From contig OZ024740.1 of the NCBI GenBank assembly GCA_964016885.1, positions 179,490,001 to 179,554,000 of the forward strand: a DNA stretch of 64,000 bases, written 5' to 3'. The translations under genes and the position numbers were made by a program. Below are positions 39,393 to 54,097 of the stretch, piece by piece. Origin of the DNA: Eledone cirrhosa (lineage: Eukaryota). The notes under the pieces are model-generated. The model was not told the DNA's origin. It made no database searches and saw nothing but the letters and a program-made list of their open reading frames with translations. The number at the start of each line of letters is the position of its first letter. Positions within the stretch are counted from its first letter, which is position 1.

Positions 39393-41369
39393 CACCGTGT
39401 AACATATTTTTTTGTTCCCCGGTTCTAAGTGTCATTTCATGGTTTGTTTCCCATTATTATAAAAAAACACTGTATGATCTGAATTCAAATCCCGCCGAGG
39501 TTAACTTTGCCTTTCATCCTTCCGGGGTCGATAAAATAAAGTACCAGTAATGCACTGGGTAATTGCTTGCCTTGTGCCAAAAGTAGAAACAATTATTATA
39601 AAAAAACACTATTATTTAATCAGAAGTTTGCGTTTGTGGTCAGGAGTTTGATATTTCCAAATTTTCATATTTTTCAAGAAAAACACATTTTTTTTTAAAT
39701 TTATCAGTTCATATAATTAAATCAACAGAGTATATATTTATTTTATTACACCAGCTTATCAAAAGCAAACAAGTAAAAATAAATAACACTTATAAAGCAA
39801 CTTATACACGTCAGAAATGACTGGATTTCCTGGATTTGCGGTCGTAGTCCAGGTTGCATTCCCGCACTAGCCCCAGATATAGTCCCCCATCACCTTTTCA
39901 TTGTAGTGGCCCTTGTACCTCCGCTTTCTCTCTCTTTTACATCTTGGTGGAATCGTTCGCCTTGTTCTTCTGATTAGGCGCCCATATTGTCTTTGAATGT
40001 TTCCAGGTGAGCGTCCAGCATATGGAGTTTAAGCGACATCCTGCATCCCATGGCACCAAAAGCCTTTATCAGATCCTGCACCAGTTGCTGGTAATTTTCA
40101 GCTCTGTAGTTACAAAGAAAGCCCTTAACAACTGCCTTGAAACAGTTCCATGCTGTTCTCTCAATCCTTTTGAGCTTATTGGAGAACTCGGTAGACTCAA
40201 CACCTTCGTTAGCTGAGGTCCAACAAAAATTCCACCTTTGATTTTGGCCTCAGATAACTTGGGGAAGAACTCAAAAAGGTACTTAAAAGCGGCTGATACT
40301 TGGTTGAGAGCTTTCACAAACTGCTTCATCAACCCCAACTTAATGTGCAGTGGCGGTATGAGCACAATCCTGGGATCAACCAGTGGCTCCCACATGACGT
40401 TCCGGGTCCCAACTACAAATTCTGCTCGCTGCTCCCAGTTCTTTCTTTTCTAGTTGTCAGATGTGGCTCTGCTGTCCCAAAGGCAGAGGAAGCATTGGAA
40501 TTTGATAAAGCCTCATTGGAGTCCAAGCAGGAAAGCCACCATCTTGACGTCTCCAATGATTTCCCAATTGTACTGGTTGTATTGCAGAGCTTCCAAGAGA
40601 ACTTTGACAATGTAGTGGTCTTCCTTCAGGCAGACTGAATGAGCTAGGGGCAGTGTCGGGGAGTTGTTTCCATTGTGGTGGAGCTGTCTATAAATAGCCT
40701 TGGGCACAAACGACACCCCAATAATGTCAAACAGTCCAGGCACATCATGGCAGAAGCAGAGGCCATCCCTAAGAGTGTAAAAGCCTGAGAATGGTTAGCA
40801 TCGACTTCTCTGACTTGTCACCTGCACTTCCTCCTTGACCAAGTTCCACTGCTTCATCCTGCAGACGAATAGCTCTGCATTGGACTTGGTCAGACCCATA
40901 TCCCTGACCAAGTCATTGACTTCTTTTTGGTTTGGGAAGTGAGGAACTTTTTCTGGTACCTCAGGCAGGTAATCCAAGTCCTCAGCATCCATCTCTTCCT
41001 CTTTATCAGAATATTTGTCTTTAAATAATATAAAATAATACTAATCATACTAATGAAAATGCAGTTTTTAACAATTTTATATTTTATTGCACTTTTATAA
41101 TTTTCTGTAGGTATTACTCTATATTTTATAATTTTAATTTAACCTGAAACATATATAAAAAAAAATCATTTAACATAAGCAAATTAAACTTACATACAAC
41201 GTAAAATACAGCATACAAATAATTCTAGTGAATAGCTTAGAATTTTTACAAACCCAAAATTTTAACTGTTTAATAGCACTTTTTTAAAATTTATTTGGGA
41301 CCTAAGCAACACAAAAAAGTGATTACAAGCCAAGAACAGAGAAAAAAAAAATGTTTTTGTTACGCGTTG
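39393..41369 (-). mobile_element. Chapaev3-like (CMC superfamily) DNA transposon, internally degraded
   Basis: Termini CACCGTGTAACA / TGTTACGCGTTG, TTA on both flanks. Transposase motifs FPNQKEVNDLVRDMGL, IIGDVKMV, PPLHIKLGLMKQFVKAL, EEQGERFHQD, MGDYIW. Family assignment is from recalled motifs. Confidence 0.8.
39474..39591 (+). mobile_element. 5'-truncated Meta-type SINE inside the DNA transposon
   Basis: Same family as 7262. 19-bp duplication ATTATTATAAAAAAACACT at 39453-39471 and 39592-39610. Confidence 0.9.
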
Positions 41370-42353
41370 TTATTTGACGTATCTTCAGATTGTTTTGATT
41401 TTCGTAATTCTTGGATGTCTATTGCTTTGGCCGTTTCTATTCCATTATCTCTTAGTAACGAGGAGTACTCTCTTTCGAGCAGAATTTTCTTTAATCCTTG
41501 GAATCTTTTATTTTGTGTTTCATAATTTGAAACGATTATACATATACATAAAACCTGCATAGAATTAACGTGAATATTACCATTAATAATATAATTCATA
41601 TTGTTGGTTTATATATATACGGGTATATGGATTAAGAATGAAACTAAAAATTTCAAGCGAGCAATTATATGAGGCAAGTATATAATAAATCGTTAATATA
41701 TTTAAAAGGAAAACATTGTTAATCATATTTAAAATGTCTTTGTGATTAAATAATTGGATGTCAGCTGTACATCTGCTGAATTTTGAGAAATAATTCTTTT
41801 CATTTAAGTGATATATATGTTATAAGTATTAATTATTTAACAGAATATAATATAAGTGGCACATTATTAGATGCTTTGATAAATGAATCTAAATTATTAA
41901 TCATTATTCCGAATCACTGAATTATGCTTCAAATTATATTTCTATACGTTGTAATATTATTTATAGGCATGCGCATGATTGGAAGTAAATTCAGAGTTAA
42001 AATACGGCTAAATAATGGCTATGGGAGGATATATATAAAATAAACAAATTATGTTGCGATACCATAACGTTGTAACGATTAAAGCTTTCGGCCTTGATTT
42101 ATCGTTTATTTTTTTGTCTCTTAATACTCGTGTATATGTGTAATATGCGCACTATACGTTTAATATAAAATTGTTACAAATACCGTCTAAGTTTTACTTA
42201 GTAATAAGGGAGAGACAATAAAGTAATGAAAAATAAGGAGAATTATTGTAGAGAATGGAAGATGATAGGTGTAACATACTCACGTATATACATACTATAC
42301 ACATCTACGTGTGTATATATATATACATATACACACACACGCACATATGAACA

Positions 42354-42392
<39 letters not shown>

Positions 42393-42394
42393 AT

Positions 42395-42433
<39 letters not shown>

Positions 42434-42499
42434 CACACATAAAGGGAGAGAGAGAGGGGGGAAATAGATAGTTCGATATACATATTCACAAACACACCT

Positions 42500-43490
42500 T
42501 TACTACTGCTAGTGATGGTAAGGAAAAAATCACAGTCACGACCGAATGCATTATTCATTGGGTCATAATAGGGGTGGAGTGGGGAAAACACTGTGGGAAA
42601 AGGGGAAAAGGTGGAGACTTGGTCGAATTATAGAATTTATCCATTATACCGTTTGGGAAACAGAACTAATTCGTAGGCTTTATACGTTGCGTTGGTTATC
42701 TGTTCGAACTTTGGACAGCATTCGAAGAGTCAGTTCAGGATAAGACACTTAGCTAATAATATATCATAGCTCTCTGTGATACATAAACCACAGTTATTAT
42801 ACCCACCAGTGTATGAGCGCCTCTCCTGGAGGATTTTTCCATTTAAGGTTGAAGCAAATGAACTCCTTCCTGAGCTTCCATACATAGATGGCCAGTGCAT
42901 CTTTGTTGGCTTTGTCCGATCATCTAAACGAGTGGGTGTGGGCGTACTACCGGGCCTTGAAATTATTAGACGTCATGCCGATGCATGTTTTTTTGGTGTT
43001 ACTAGATATGACATCACATTTGGATACGATGTCGTCCATCAAACATTTGCTTTTTAGTAGGCACGTGTCCTTGTTTGGGCAGTTGATTAGTGCCCCATAA
43101 CGAACGTAGGTTTCGGAAGTTATGGACTTATTAACTTTTTAGATGTTTATGTTGCCTATGTTCCTAGCAGAATTGTTGAGAAGTGTAAATCTAATAGTGT
43201 TCCTGTAAAGGAGTGTACATTATAGGTTTTGTGTGGGAAAGTGCTTATTTAATAACTTGAAGATAATCCTAGCTACTGGTGACACAGCTCTGTTACAGTG
43301 GGTGTAGGTACCAGATTATTTAACTGTGCCACTTTCGGTTAAGGGGTCTGGATGTGCTGTTATGTAGGTGATCTTGTCCTTAGAACCACTACCAGATAGG
43401 ACTACATTATAGTAGGGTGTGGATGTTCTGGAGATTCTTCGTTGGCTGAAAGACTCGGAGCACCAAGCGATACGTGAGTGCTGAAATTCA
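42500..43490 (-). mobile_element. 5'-truncated, degraded Naiad-type PLE (GIY-YIG region)
   Basis: TPYYN...SG, IIWY, KLLNKHFP, CPNKDTCLLKSKCLMDDIV.KC, CIGMTSNNFKAR, LAIYVWKL. Confidence 0.8.
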
Positions 43491-45149
43491 TATGTATAAT
43501 TCTGACTGAGTGAGCATGTGTACGTGTAATGAAGTATATAAATATTCAACTTTGAAACATGAAACTATAGGAATTAGAAAACTAAAGATATAAATATACT
43601 TTAGTATAGTGATCTAAATAGCTATTGCATACTCCTATTCTGCGATCTTTAAACTACAGTTATATGAAAACTATTTACAGTAGAAATAAATATGTCTACA
43701 ATGTTACTACTCCTAATAGTATTATTTATTTAAACATTACTGATGTTTTACTCGAGATTCGGTTTGCTAAAGTATACTTAATACAAAAAAAAAATAATAT
43801 ATATATATATATACATTCTACAGCTATTTTCGTTTCAAATAACGTAAGGTAATGCTAATGGCGCACACACACAGAGACACACACACATCAGCCCCACACA
43901 TAGACATATATCCATACACATACACACATATACTCAGACATAATTATACACTCGCGTACACACATATAAACACACACACGCATATATACTCACACACATA
44001 CATACACATCATTCTTCCTCTCTTTCTCTCTATATACATGTATGTACATAGTAGCTCACATAGTGATAACACACATAAACACACATATAGTATTGCTGTT
44101 CATTTTTTCAAAGAATAAAGTTAAATCTATAAATAATTATTTAGCGGCATTACCGAAATAAATCTGTGATTTCAATGACTTGTGTCAAATGTGTTGCTAA
44201 CCTTCAGATCCCTTTAATTCTTTGTTGTTGCGTATTTCGCATATTGATTTCACAGCACATGTCATTCGGCTATGTACAACAATAAAAGATAAAAGAACAC
44301 AACATATAAGGCACGAAACATTAAAAGTGCTAGAGATTTATCTCAATAAAAACAAAAAAAAACAAACAAGAAATACTCTAGGCCTTTGATATTTATTTAT
44401 TCTTCTCAGCTATAAAGTTCGGTTTTCAAAAAAGCTATTTCAAACATTTTGTGACCTAATTTCCGTTATTTTTTTCTTGCTCTCGAAAATTCTTAATATG
44501 ATTTGACCTTTTAATACATGGGTGTATATTTATTTCAGACACCTTTTCAATATACACTACAATTTTAGCATCAAAACATATCCATAATGTTTGGCTGCGG
44601 CAATTCCGATAGCTGACACTATAATCATGGCTGTACAGATACACACATATATGTGGCACACACATACACATACATGTAGCACCATTCTCCCTCTCACTAT
44701 CTCTATCTCAATCTCACACACATATTCACAAATATATACGATTGGCTAAAACAACACTGCAAAATATACCCGCTGGCCTTGTCAAAAGTCCACCATATAA
44801 CTGGTGTTATTCAGTCGAGGAAAGATTTGTGTAGTCCATGAGAGTTAAGGAAAACAACAAAATAAAAAAGATATTTGCGGCGTATCTGGGGAGCCAATAT
44901 TCCTGTGGGAATAATGTATTTCAATATGTAATATCAGACGTGTCTCGTGTTTCCTATTCACAGAAATAGCAAGCATGTGAATTGTTAGGGGTGTAGCAGT
45001 AATGGAGCATAAGTCACCAGGAACACAGGTACATTTTAAGAAAAGATACATTTCCATTATATAATATTTTAACACCTATACCACGAATATTTCCGGGTGT
45101 AAATCTCTCTATGCCGAAAGCTATCAATAGATAATATTTAATAGCATAG

Positions 45150-45283
45150 ATACGTCCCTTTACGATCTGAGTTCAAATCCCGCGGAGGTTGACTTTGCCT
45201 TTCATCCTTACGGGGTCGATAAAATAAAGTACCAGTAATGCACTAGGTAATTGCTGGCCGTGTGCCTAAAGTAGAAACAATTA
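45150..45283 (+). mobile_element. 5'-truncated Meta-type SINE
   Basis: Matches 7316-7443. Confidence 0.9.
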
Positions 45284-46350
45284 TTTAATAGCTTTACATA
45301 ATGCAACAAGCATTACAGAAACCTTCTACGTAAAATCCTATAACGTAAAATGTTAAAGCCTGCATACACCTGTTCTTCTAGATTGATGTGAAGGCAATTG
45401 CCGATTAAAAAAGTAAATAAATAAGAAATGCAGTCTGCCTTTGATATTTTAAAAGTAATTTGGGAAATATTAAGAATTTGCCAACATCCGATCGACAAAT
45501 CCATGATGACATATTGGTGCTGAATATAGGCAGAAATGCCTGTAATAGTGCATAATCAGTCAGGCTACTGGTACCGTCTAGCCCAGCACAACCTGCTCCT
45601 GGTCGAGTGGTCTGTGAATAAATCGATTCCCACACCAGACACTGGTCATGTGAGGAAGGTAAGTGGAAGCCCAAGTACAGAAAATAAAAATTATTAAAAG
45701 AGCGGATGAACTCTTTAGAGCCAACTGTCATCGACTCCAACTATAGATTAAATATCCTCAGCAACCAGCTATTGGCCAAGCGTGGTGAGAATGCCCCCCC
45801 CCCTTCCTGACATGACTAAAAGCAAACAGAAACCGGTGGAGTGGAACCAGAGACGAATCCTCCAACAAACGTGAGAAGGAAACTGAATTGGATTGGATTG
45901 GATTGGAGTGTGTTGCATGGAATTATTTCAAGTGACGAGAATCCCTTTAATATTTCATTTAAAAACAGTCGTTACCTTAGTATCTATAATGGTGGTATCC
46001 GAATGACATAAGATAAAAAATGAATAAATAAGATAAACACAAAGCTGAATCCTAATTTGAATTCTGAAAATATTTAAGAATGAGTTTTTGCCAAGTCAAG
46101 TATTTCACAAGTTATTGACTTTTTCCGATAAAGTATCAGATCAAACAGTTTCCGAATATCAGCAGGAAGTCATGTAACTCTTTGTTGCAATATATCTTAA
46201 AAGTGAGTGTAACACAGACTGTCTGCATAGATAATAGTAATGACTTCTTACGTCTGAGGCCCAGATTCATATTTTCTTAAGTGGTAAGGCATTCTAAGGA
46301 GAGGTGGACAGCAGGTCTTCAGAGGAGAAACCCCTCAAGCAAGGCCCTGT

Positions 46351-46620
46351 AAAAAGAAAAAAAGAAAAAAAGAAAAAAAGAAAAAAAGGAAAAAAAGAAA
46401 AAAAAAGAAAAAAAGAAAAGAAAAAAAGAAAAAAAGAAAAAAAGAAAAAAAGAAAAAAAGAAAAAAAGAAAAACAGAAAAAAAGAAAAAAAAGAAAAAAA
46501 GAAAAAAAGAAAAAAAGAAAAAAAGAAAAAAAGAAAAAAAGAAAAAAAGAAAAAAAGAAAAAAAGAAAAAAAACAAAAAAACAAAAAAACAAAAACCAAA
46601 ACAAAAAAAAACAATAAAAT
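46351..46620. repeat. A-rich (AAAAAAG)n low-complexity tract
   Basis: Direct reading. Confidence 0.95.
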
Positions 46621-47433
46621 ATTTTATTCTCACTATTACAGATTTTAAAAAATCATTCTGTGGTATATTCCTTCCTGTTCGTTAAGGGATCTATATTTAT
46701 ATTAGCTATTCCATTTGTTTCAATATATTTCCTAATTATCTGTGTACTTCGTTTTGAAACCAAATTTATTTCTTAATCATTTTAGAAAGTTATATTTAAC
46801 TTTTACTTGTAGCAGTTACTTTAATAACAAAATATTCTGTCTCTCCGTCCCCTAAGTATCTATCAGTTTTCTTCATATTGTGTGTATAGTAGTTTTTATT
46901 AATTTAAATATAATCAACAACTATATATTTCGTCACCTATTCTTCAACATAATTTGCAACTATTCGGCATGTGTATTAAGTTATCCCCTTCTGTAGTTTG
47001 CCAAGCATTCCTGCCGTTTGATTTTGGTATATATACATGGCCCACTGATAATTATTGACCATATTTATCTGACGATAGTAAATGTCCAAATTCTCCTTAT
47101 CCCTGCTTTAAATTCTACTATTATATTGTGACTAACACTTTTTGTATATTATGATACACGCGCGACTGATTGGAGCTTATTTTTATTGTGCATATCAAAC
47201 GTTCTTGCTCACATCTGATACGTATTCTGAAAAACAATCTAGAATCGTAGCCAGATTCATTCCTGATTAGAATATTGTTTGGCTAAATATAACACCAATT
47301 TAATTATTATATATCTTATTTATGTGACATGCTAGTTATTATCTTTGATAGCTAATACTGATACACGTCTGCCTACAAATTCAAATGATATTACTCCACT
47401 AGATGTCTTGAAACCTTATTAACCCTATTATAC

Positions 47434-47502
47434 CTGCTGTGGGTGAGGTGGAGTTTGTTGGACTCTCAGAGCTTTCTTGTCGTTGTTTTTCTTGCATAAC
47501 TT
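47434..47502 (-). CDS. Candidate 69-nt host exon
   Basis: Acceptor TCTGCTTCCTTTCAG, donor CAG|GTATAA, open frame VMQEKQRQESSESPTNSTSPTA. No recognisable homology. Confidence 0.3.
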
Positions 47503-48397
47503 CTGAAAGGAAGCAGATTTGTTGCTAAAGTTTGGTGACTTTCCCTAGAATTCAGCCTGTTAAATACGCACCTAATTAAGTTTAAAAACAATTACACCGA
47601 TGACCAGAAAATGGCAGGAGTTGAAAGGGGGTATAATATTTATTATTACAAAATTTAATTATACTGTCTTTGTAACAAAACAATATCATCAAACATCATT
47701 ACAAATCTAATATATGTGGTTTGAGTTGCATAGCAAATGTTGCTATGGCAACCATATCGTTTTCATGGCAACCATATGGTTTCAACGGCAGCTATTTATT
47801 ATCCATTTTGCAAAATGTTTGACATTGTTTTGTTATTGTTTCATCATTAGCAAACATGGCAAACTGAACATACATGACAGCATCTATAACTTTGAACACT
47901 ATAAATGTGGTAAATTCTAATGCATTTTCGTACAACTGACTTCCTCATCAGTAACATCATGACGTCAGCAACATTTCTTTAGTGCAGAAATGTTCGGCTA
48001 TCAATGTTTTATTGGCATACCGTCAGAAACAAATCCAGGAAGAGTGGGTTTTCAGAGCTCCTCCCCTAGGCTTACTGAGCCCCTAAAACGCCCAGGTTTT
48101 ATTTATTTGTTTATCTCCAATTATTATGAATATTTAATCCGATATTTTAGTTCAAGTCATCTGAAATGTTATCGTCGTGTATTTTTCGTATTTCTGTTAT
48201 AAACCTAGATCGAATGTATTCACCTTATTGTAATCGCTAGTGGGGGCATACATGTGAATGATCAAGATGTTGTAAGACTTAACTTATAGGTGTATTTATT
48301 GTGTGTATGCTGTTGGAAATATGTGTGGAATATATGGCGTAATATAATTTTATGCATAGACAAACGGCTAACTATTTGTACTCCTACATTTGAAAAC

Positions 48398-48687
48398 CAG
48401 TCGTGTGCAACCTGCGGCCCGAGAAGCTTTGTGAATGGCTCGCCTAAGACACCTAAGGGAAATCTTTCTGATTTTTTACCCCAACGTTTGAGTTCTAATT
48501 TATCTTTCTATGATTTTTACGATCGATGAAAATAACGTGTACGAATTCTGAAGTATCAAATCAAAATAACTTGAGTTACCACCCTTTTTTGTTAATATGG
48601 GCACGAATGTAAATTAGCGCTGCGGCCCGCCTTATAATGAGCCATATCTCATGCAGCGTGCTTCTCAAAAAAGGTTGCTCATGCTTG
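48398..48687. mobile_element. hAT (Charlie-like) MITE
   Basis: Termini CAGTCGTGTGCAACCT / AGGTTGCTCATGCTTG, subterminal TGCGGCCCG motifs, imperfect 8-bp flanks TTGAAAAC/TTTTAAAC. Confidence 0.65.
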
Positions 48688-50209
48688 TTTTAAACCATAT
48701 TTTATGCATATTCTCTGTAATAGTCTAAGCATATTTTGTTTTTTCAGCAATACTATAATATTTCATGCCCATGTCAGATTTCTCAGGGTTTGGTTGTTTA
48801 CCATTTTATAATGAAATCTGTTTCTAAATAACGAATATTAAGTTTGCATGTGGTGTCATTATGTTAGGCCCCGGCCTATCAGATTTGCTATTTTTCAATA
48901 GGTGGACAACGAGATGGTCTGTTCATTAGCTTTCGTTTGAGAAATTTCTTCACACCCAATACCATGCCACACATGGGTATAAACTGACCTGATATGAGTT
49001 TCTGGTTTAAAGGTGATTGTTTTGGAAAAGTAAATCATAAACAGAACATAATATATAGTTGGTATTTTGTTGCACCTATAATGGACAATGTAAACCAGTT
49101 AAATTAAATAAAATGTGAGATAGAACAGTATAGAACACAGTAAATATCACTGTATAAAATAAGCATTACAAAGATAATAGCTTTAGACACCGCTGACTGA
49201 TTTTAATACAACTTTTTACAACTTGTCATACAACTCAGGAATCAAATAACTAAATTTGGTAGGAATAAAACTCATTTCTGACAAGAGCGTTTCCCAAAGC
49301 AAGATTCAATGAGAAACATTTAAAGACAATTTATTATTGTCACACATACTGCTTCTCTTGCGTTAGACGTTTTTTAAACATTTCCTTCTTTTCTTCATTC
49401 GTGCATTCGTTTTTGTTTTATTTTACACTTTACCAGTCTAGATTTCATTACATACTTTCTCTTGCTGGTAATATCTTCAGTATAATACTAGCATAGTAAA
49501 TACAACCACAACAATAGTAATATTTACTTTGGTTACAAAGTTTAAATATTTCTGTGCAGTGTATGAATAATTTGGCTAACATAATAATTTCTCTGCTCAT
49601 AATGCTTTTGACATTCCTGAAATATGATAGCAAACGATCGAGACCAAACCTGAAAATTACATTCCTGCCAACGACAATCTGATTTCAACGTTTATTACAT
49701 TTTGTTTTCTTTTTTGTAACAAAGAAAAATTCAGGTTGTGTTTTCCTTGGTTTATTTCAACAGTTTTCCAGCCGCTGTCTTAAAAGTGACAATGAAATGA
49801 TATGCATCCGTCCGATTCAATAGCCTGACATCCAAATTGTATTATATGTTCAGAATTCAATGTTTTTTGCTGGACATATAACATATCGCATATGAAATCG
49901 GAAAATACATAATGCTAGAAAATAATGATTCATTTCTTCCTTGAAGAATGTAAAATGAAAGTTCGGTAAATAGTATACTTTTCATGAGATAAAATATGGA
50001 AAAAGTTTTCACGATATCAAAGGTGTCGGGTTCTCTCTTGAAAATGTAATTTACATATGTTTTCTTGCTTATTATATATAGATATTTTCTATGATCTTTT
50101 GAGATTATGAGCTAATGATATATCCACCATCTGTATAATAGACAAGTATCTGTTCAATTTTACATTATTATACATAAGGCACTAATTCTAGCATTCTCTG
50201 TGTATACTG

Positions 50210-50575
50210 ATTAATATTCAGAGCCATTCTCAGCATTCTTGTGTAGCACCCATCCACCATCTGAGTGAGTCTCTTCGTCAGTGTCATAGTCTCAGACCCG
50301 TAGATCAGTATAGACTCCACTGTAGCGACGCAGAGACGCATCTTCATGTCTTTACTATGTCAGACTTCAACACCTGTAGCACGCTGCCCAGGTTTTGCTC
50401 TTCCTCTCAACCACATCACCTTCTGTGTTCCCAAATCTTTGCTCCCACCTACATTCATAATCTTCTCTGGCTGCTTAATGTTCTCTACCAGATACTTCGT
50501 CTTACTCTCATTCATTTTCAGCCCCACATTCATCGACACAGTCTCCGCATCCTACTTCAACTCCTCTACCTCCAT
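50210..50575 (-). mobile_element. Internal fragment of the RTE family at 26252-29416
   Basis: Aligns by eye to 26555-26930. Confidence 0.85.
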
Positions 50576-50722
50576 ATATACTTATAGTAAAGGGTTAACC
50601 GAAAGAAAATGAGAAGCTCGGGCTTCCATAACTGCAAAATGTACATTGCGGACTTTAATAAACCAAAACCAAATGAATATTACCTTGGATTTATATATAT
50701 ATATATATGTACACACACACAC

Positions 50723-50808
<86 letters not shown>

Positions 50809-52066
50809 CTATATGGAGAGGGAGGGAGAGGGATATATTTATATAGATTTAAACACTCTCATATGCAGCCCAGTTCTGGTAAAGAAAATCTCCAGAACCC
50901 ATTTTCGTCTAGAAATTCTCACTTATCGATTGAATTCGTATTGAGAAGACTATACATCATATGGTAAGATAAAAATGATTGACTATCGTAACTTTTTTTT
51001 CCTGGTAACACAGGGTTTGATATTATTGCTTCGGGGCGGATGCGTATTTCTATTCGCTACGTAAGTAATTACATCACGATCAAATGGAAACATCTATATT
51101 CATGGCATTCGCGTATTTGATATATTTACTTTAACAGAAGCTTTGCAATTATGACGAATGTACTGACCAAAATATTTCGTAAGACTTCAATCGACTGATA
51201 ATCGAGAACTTCAGAATACTTGTCTGCCAAAGCAACAAAAATAACCCGGAAATGGCATTCTTATTTTTGAGTCTTGTTATTACGAATTTCGTCTTGAATT
51301 TTTTTCTTTCGTATCACATCCATATTTAACAAACTTATGATTTATTCACATGTTTTTTTCTTCTCTATTCAGAAAATTGTACTATTATTAACAATAAGAT
51401 GATTTGCATTATTATGTTAAATAATCTGACATCTAACGTCTCTTATGTTCTTAAAACATTGTTTACTAGTGAACAAAATTAGAAAACATATAATGCTTAA
51501 ATAATTTTTATATTTTCTCGCGCAAATATCAAAGTTAGATGAATTCTACGAGGGCAACCGCGAGCTAAATAATCTGTTAAAAGTATTTATGAGGATAACA
51601 AACCTGTAACCATCTCATATGTATGTTTAACCTACAAATATTCATTTATTAATTTTATAAAAAGGATTATACAGTAATGCTCGCATCGTGATCATTATAT
51701 TAATCTGTATCAAAAAGTGTAATTAATTCATTTATTAAGGTTATAAGAAGGATTAGACGGTAATGCTCTCAACGTGCTCATAACATTGACCTTTATTAAA
51801 AGTGTAATTGTGTAGCCTTAAATAGCACACATAAAATACAAATTTGAGTCTTTTATTTTCTGATGAACACACAAAATGATGCCTAGATATAGGTTTGATA
51901 TAATTTAAACCTCATCAGTAAAGTATAATCATCTAATTTAAATACCCCAACTGTTCTAATTCCATACATTAAACGCACTCGAGTAAATTTAATTACACAA
52001 TGTGTTATAATAATGAAAATTATACTGCTAAAAAATGTGGAATATCTGTATAAATGAAACAATTAC

Positions 52067-52135
52067 AGAATTATCTTCACAAACCAAGGCGAGAAGACTG
52101 CGTAACCGATGAGTTTCAGTATGACTGAGAGAGGC
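52067..52135 (-). CDS. Candidate 69-nt host exon
   Basis: Acceptor CATTTCCAG, donor GTAATT, open phase-0 frame ASLSHTETHRLRSLLALVCEDNS. Confidence 0.2.
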
Positions 52136-52692
52136 CTGGAAATGTTATGCTGTATGGTAATGTTTCCTCTAAGTATTATATTTTCTGGTAAATTAAAAGG
52201 CGATTTTTTGAAATAATTCACATTTTCATTAATAATCGTTAACGAGCAATACGAGATTGTTATTTCTCTATCGAAATTCAATTTATTTATATTATTTATT
52301 TGTTATTTTATTTTTTTATATCATCTATCAAAATTATTTAAATACATGTCACCGAGTTACTGAAGGTATTTCGCTTCATTATTCTTTTAATATTTATGAA
52401 AATGTTTCATAAATTATATTCTTTCGGCGCACATCGCTATATATGTAAAAGCAGTCAACTAAAAATCTTGCTTCTCTAATGATAACTATTATGAGTAGAT
52501 TATACCCAGTCATCCGGTTCCCACTCAGAAGTATCGGATTTCCATCAAAAATGAACGTTGAAATGTCTATTTATTTAGCTCAAAATTCTTTTCAGAATCC
52601 CCAGAATCTACAAAAGCCCGTCACTACGCTGTCATAGAAATACACACACACACACACACACACATACAAACAACCAGAACAATAACTATATG

Positions 52693-52753
<61 letters not shown>

Positions 52754-52859
52754 AGTGGATTGGACAAATGACCTGGTCTTACTATGAAGTCGGTGTCGCG
52801 TTGAAGACTTTTTTGAAATTTATCTATCACACAGGTACCCACTCTTTCAACTAAAACAA

Positions 52860-53382
52860 CAGTTGTTGTTGCTGAGAGAAAAATAGAATGTGTGTGTGTG
52901 TGAATGATAGGGAGTTATTGAAATATGTCAATTTGCTATTATGGCGGCACTTTAAACTATCTATCTATCTTTCACACACCCATTCTCTCTCTCACTGTAT
53001 TTCTCTCTCAACATCAACAACTTCCACAAGAAGCGAAAGGGGAAGAATGAAACGTTATTATTGTTGCAAGAGTAATTCAGTGAGAGAGCTGGGAGAAAGA
53101 GGAAGAGAGAGGAGGAGTCCTTGAAAGTTAGAGAGAGAGAGGTAGAAAATATCGTGTTTAGATACTTGCACTTGAAAGTCTTTTTTTTTAAGTCTGTCGT
53201 CATCACTCTCTTTCTGCCGTCATAAACGATCTACCTCTCTTTCACACAAACACATACACTACCTCTCATTGTGCTTTTCTCTCAACAACAGAGACGTTTC
53301 ACTCCTCCCCATTTTCCCTCCTTTTACGTACATATTGTGATGGACAGACAGACGGATATTGGCCTGCCTTTTAGAATATAGA
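52860..53382 (-). mobile_element. Helitron-like non-autonomous fragment
   Basis: 5' end A|TCTATATTCTAAAA...GTCTGTCTGTC resembles that of 58662-59320. The 3' end was not located. Confidence 0.4.
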
Positions 53383-53512
53383 TTTTCTTTTTTAACCAGC
53401 GGCAATATTTTGGAAAATTAAGATTACATTTTTGTAGTTCATTGCATTCATCAAGCCATGTTTGAATTAACTATATCCAGGCGCTTTGCATTCTTCACTA
53501 ATTTAACACAGT

Positions 53513-53588
<76 letters not shown>

Positions 53589-53741
53589 TATATATTATAT
53601 ATATATATATTTTTTTTTTTTATATACACTCGGCTGTGCAATGTGTGCTGAACTGGGTTCTCTCTGGTTTCTTTCGACTTACTGAACTTTCTGCACATAT
53701 ATACATATATATACATGAACATGAATAAATATATATATATA

Positions 53742-53978
53742 TCAGGGGTGGTGGAAGTATTTATGAATTGGGGGGGGGGGGGGTGCTAATTTGGATAATT
53801 AAGCTATAGTGATTAGTTTAGGTCTTTGCACTCTAAAATGGTCAGAAAACATCGATATGTGATAAACATAACGTGTATATAAATTGTAGCGCATAACAAA
53901 ATAGATGTGTGTCTTGGTTGTTTGGGTAGATATTATAATTAATGGAGGGGAACATCCATCCTAGTCCCACCGTCACTG
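53742..53978. mobile_element. Possible hAT-like MITE
   Basis: Imperfect TIR CAGGGGTGGTGGA / TCCCACCGTCACTG. Confidence 0.4.
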
Positions 53979-54097
53979 TTGTATATATATATAGATTAAA
54001 AAAATGTTGCTTCTCAGGGTTTAATAAATCGAGCTTCTTCGCATTTGGTAAGAATCTCCCAATTTATTCATCTCATATATATACACAGATTTTGACC

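Larger units (their letters stand above)
38930..41600 (-). mobile_element. Degraded Neptune-like PLE fragment split by a DNA transposon
   Basis: 41370-41600 encodes CIIVS...LKKILLEREY..L..NGI..A..I...ELRK; this continues below 39392 with YIVTHN, IIKSKRQPKSLK, QTKLTLRSRM..H.RQLRDP. Confidence 0.75.

Noticed and set aside
41464-41471. GAGTACTC occurrence
   Set aside because: It lies in the coding relic (EYS) of a PLE, not at a terminus, so it was excluded from the motif list.
46294-46648. Lysine-rich / phenylalanine-rich ORFs
   Set aside because: A-rich low-complexity tract.
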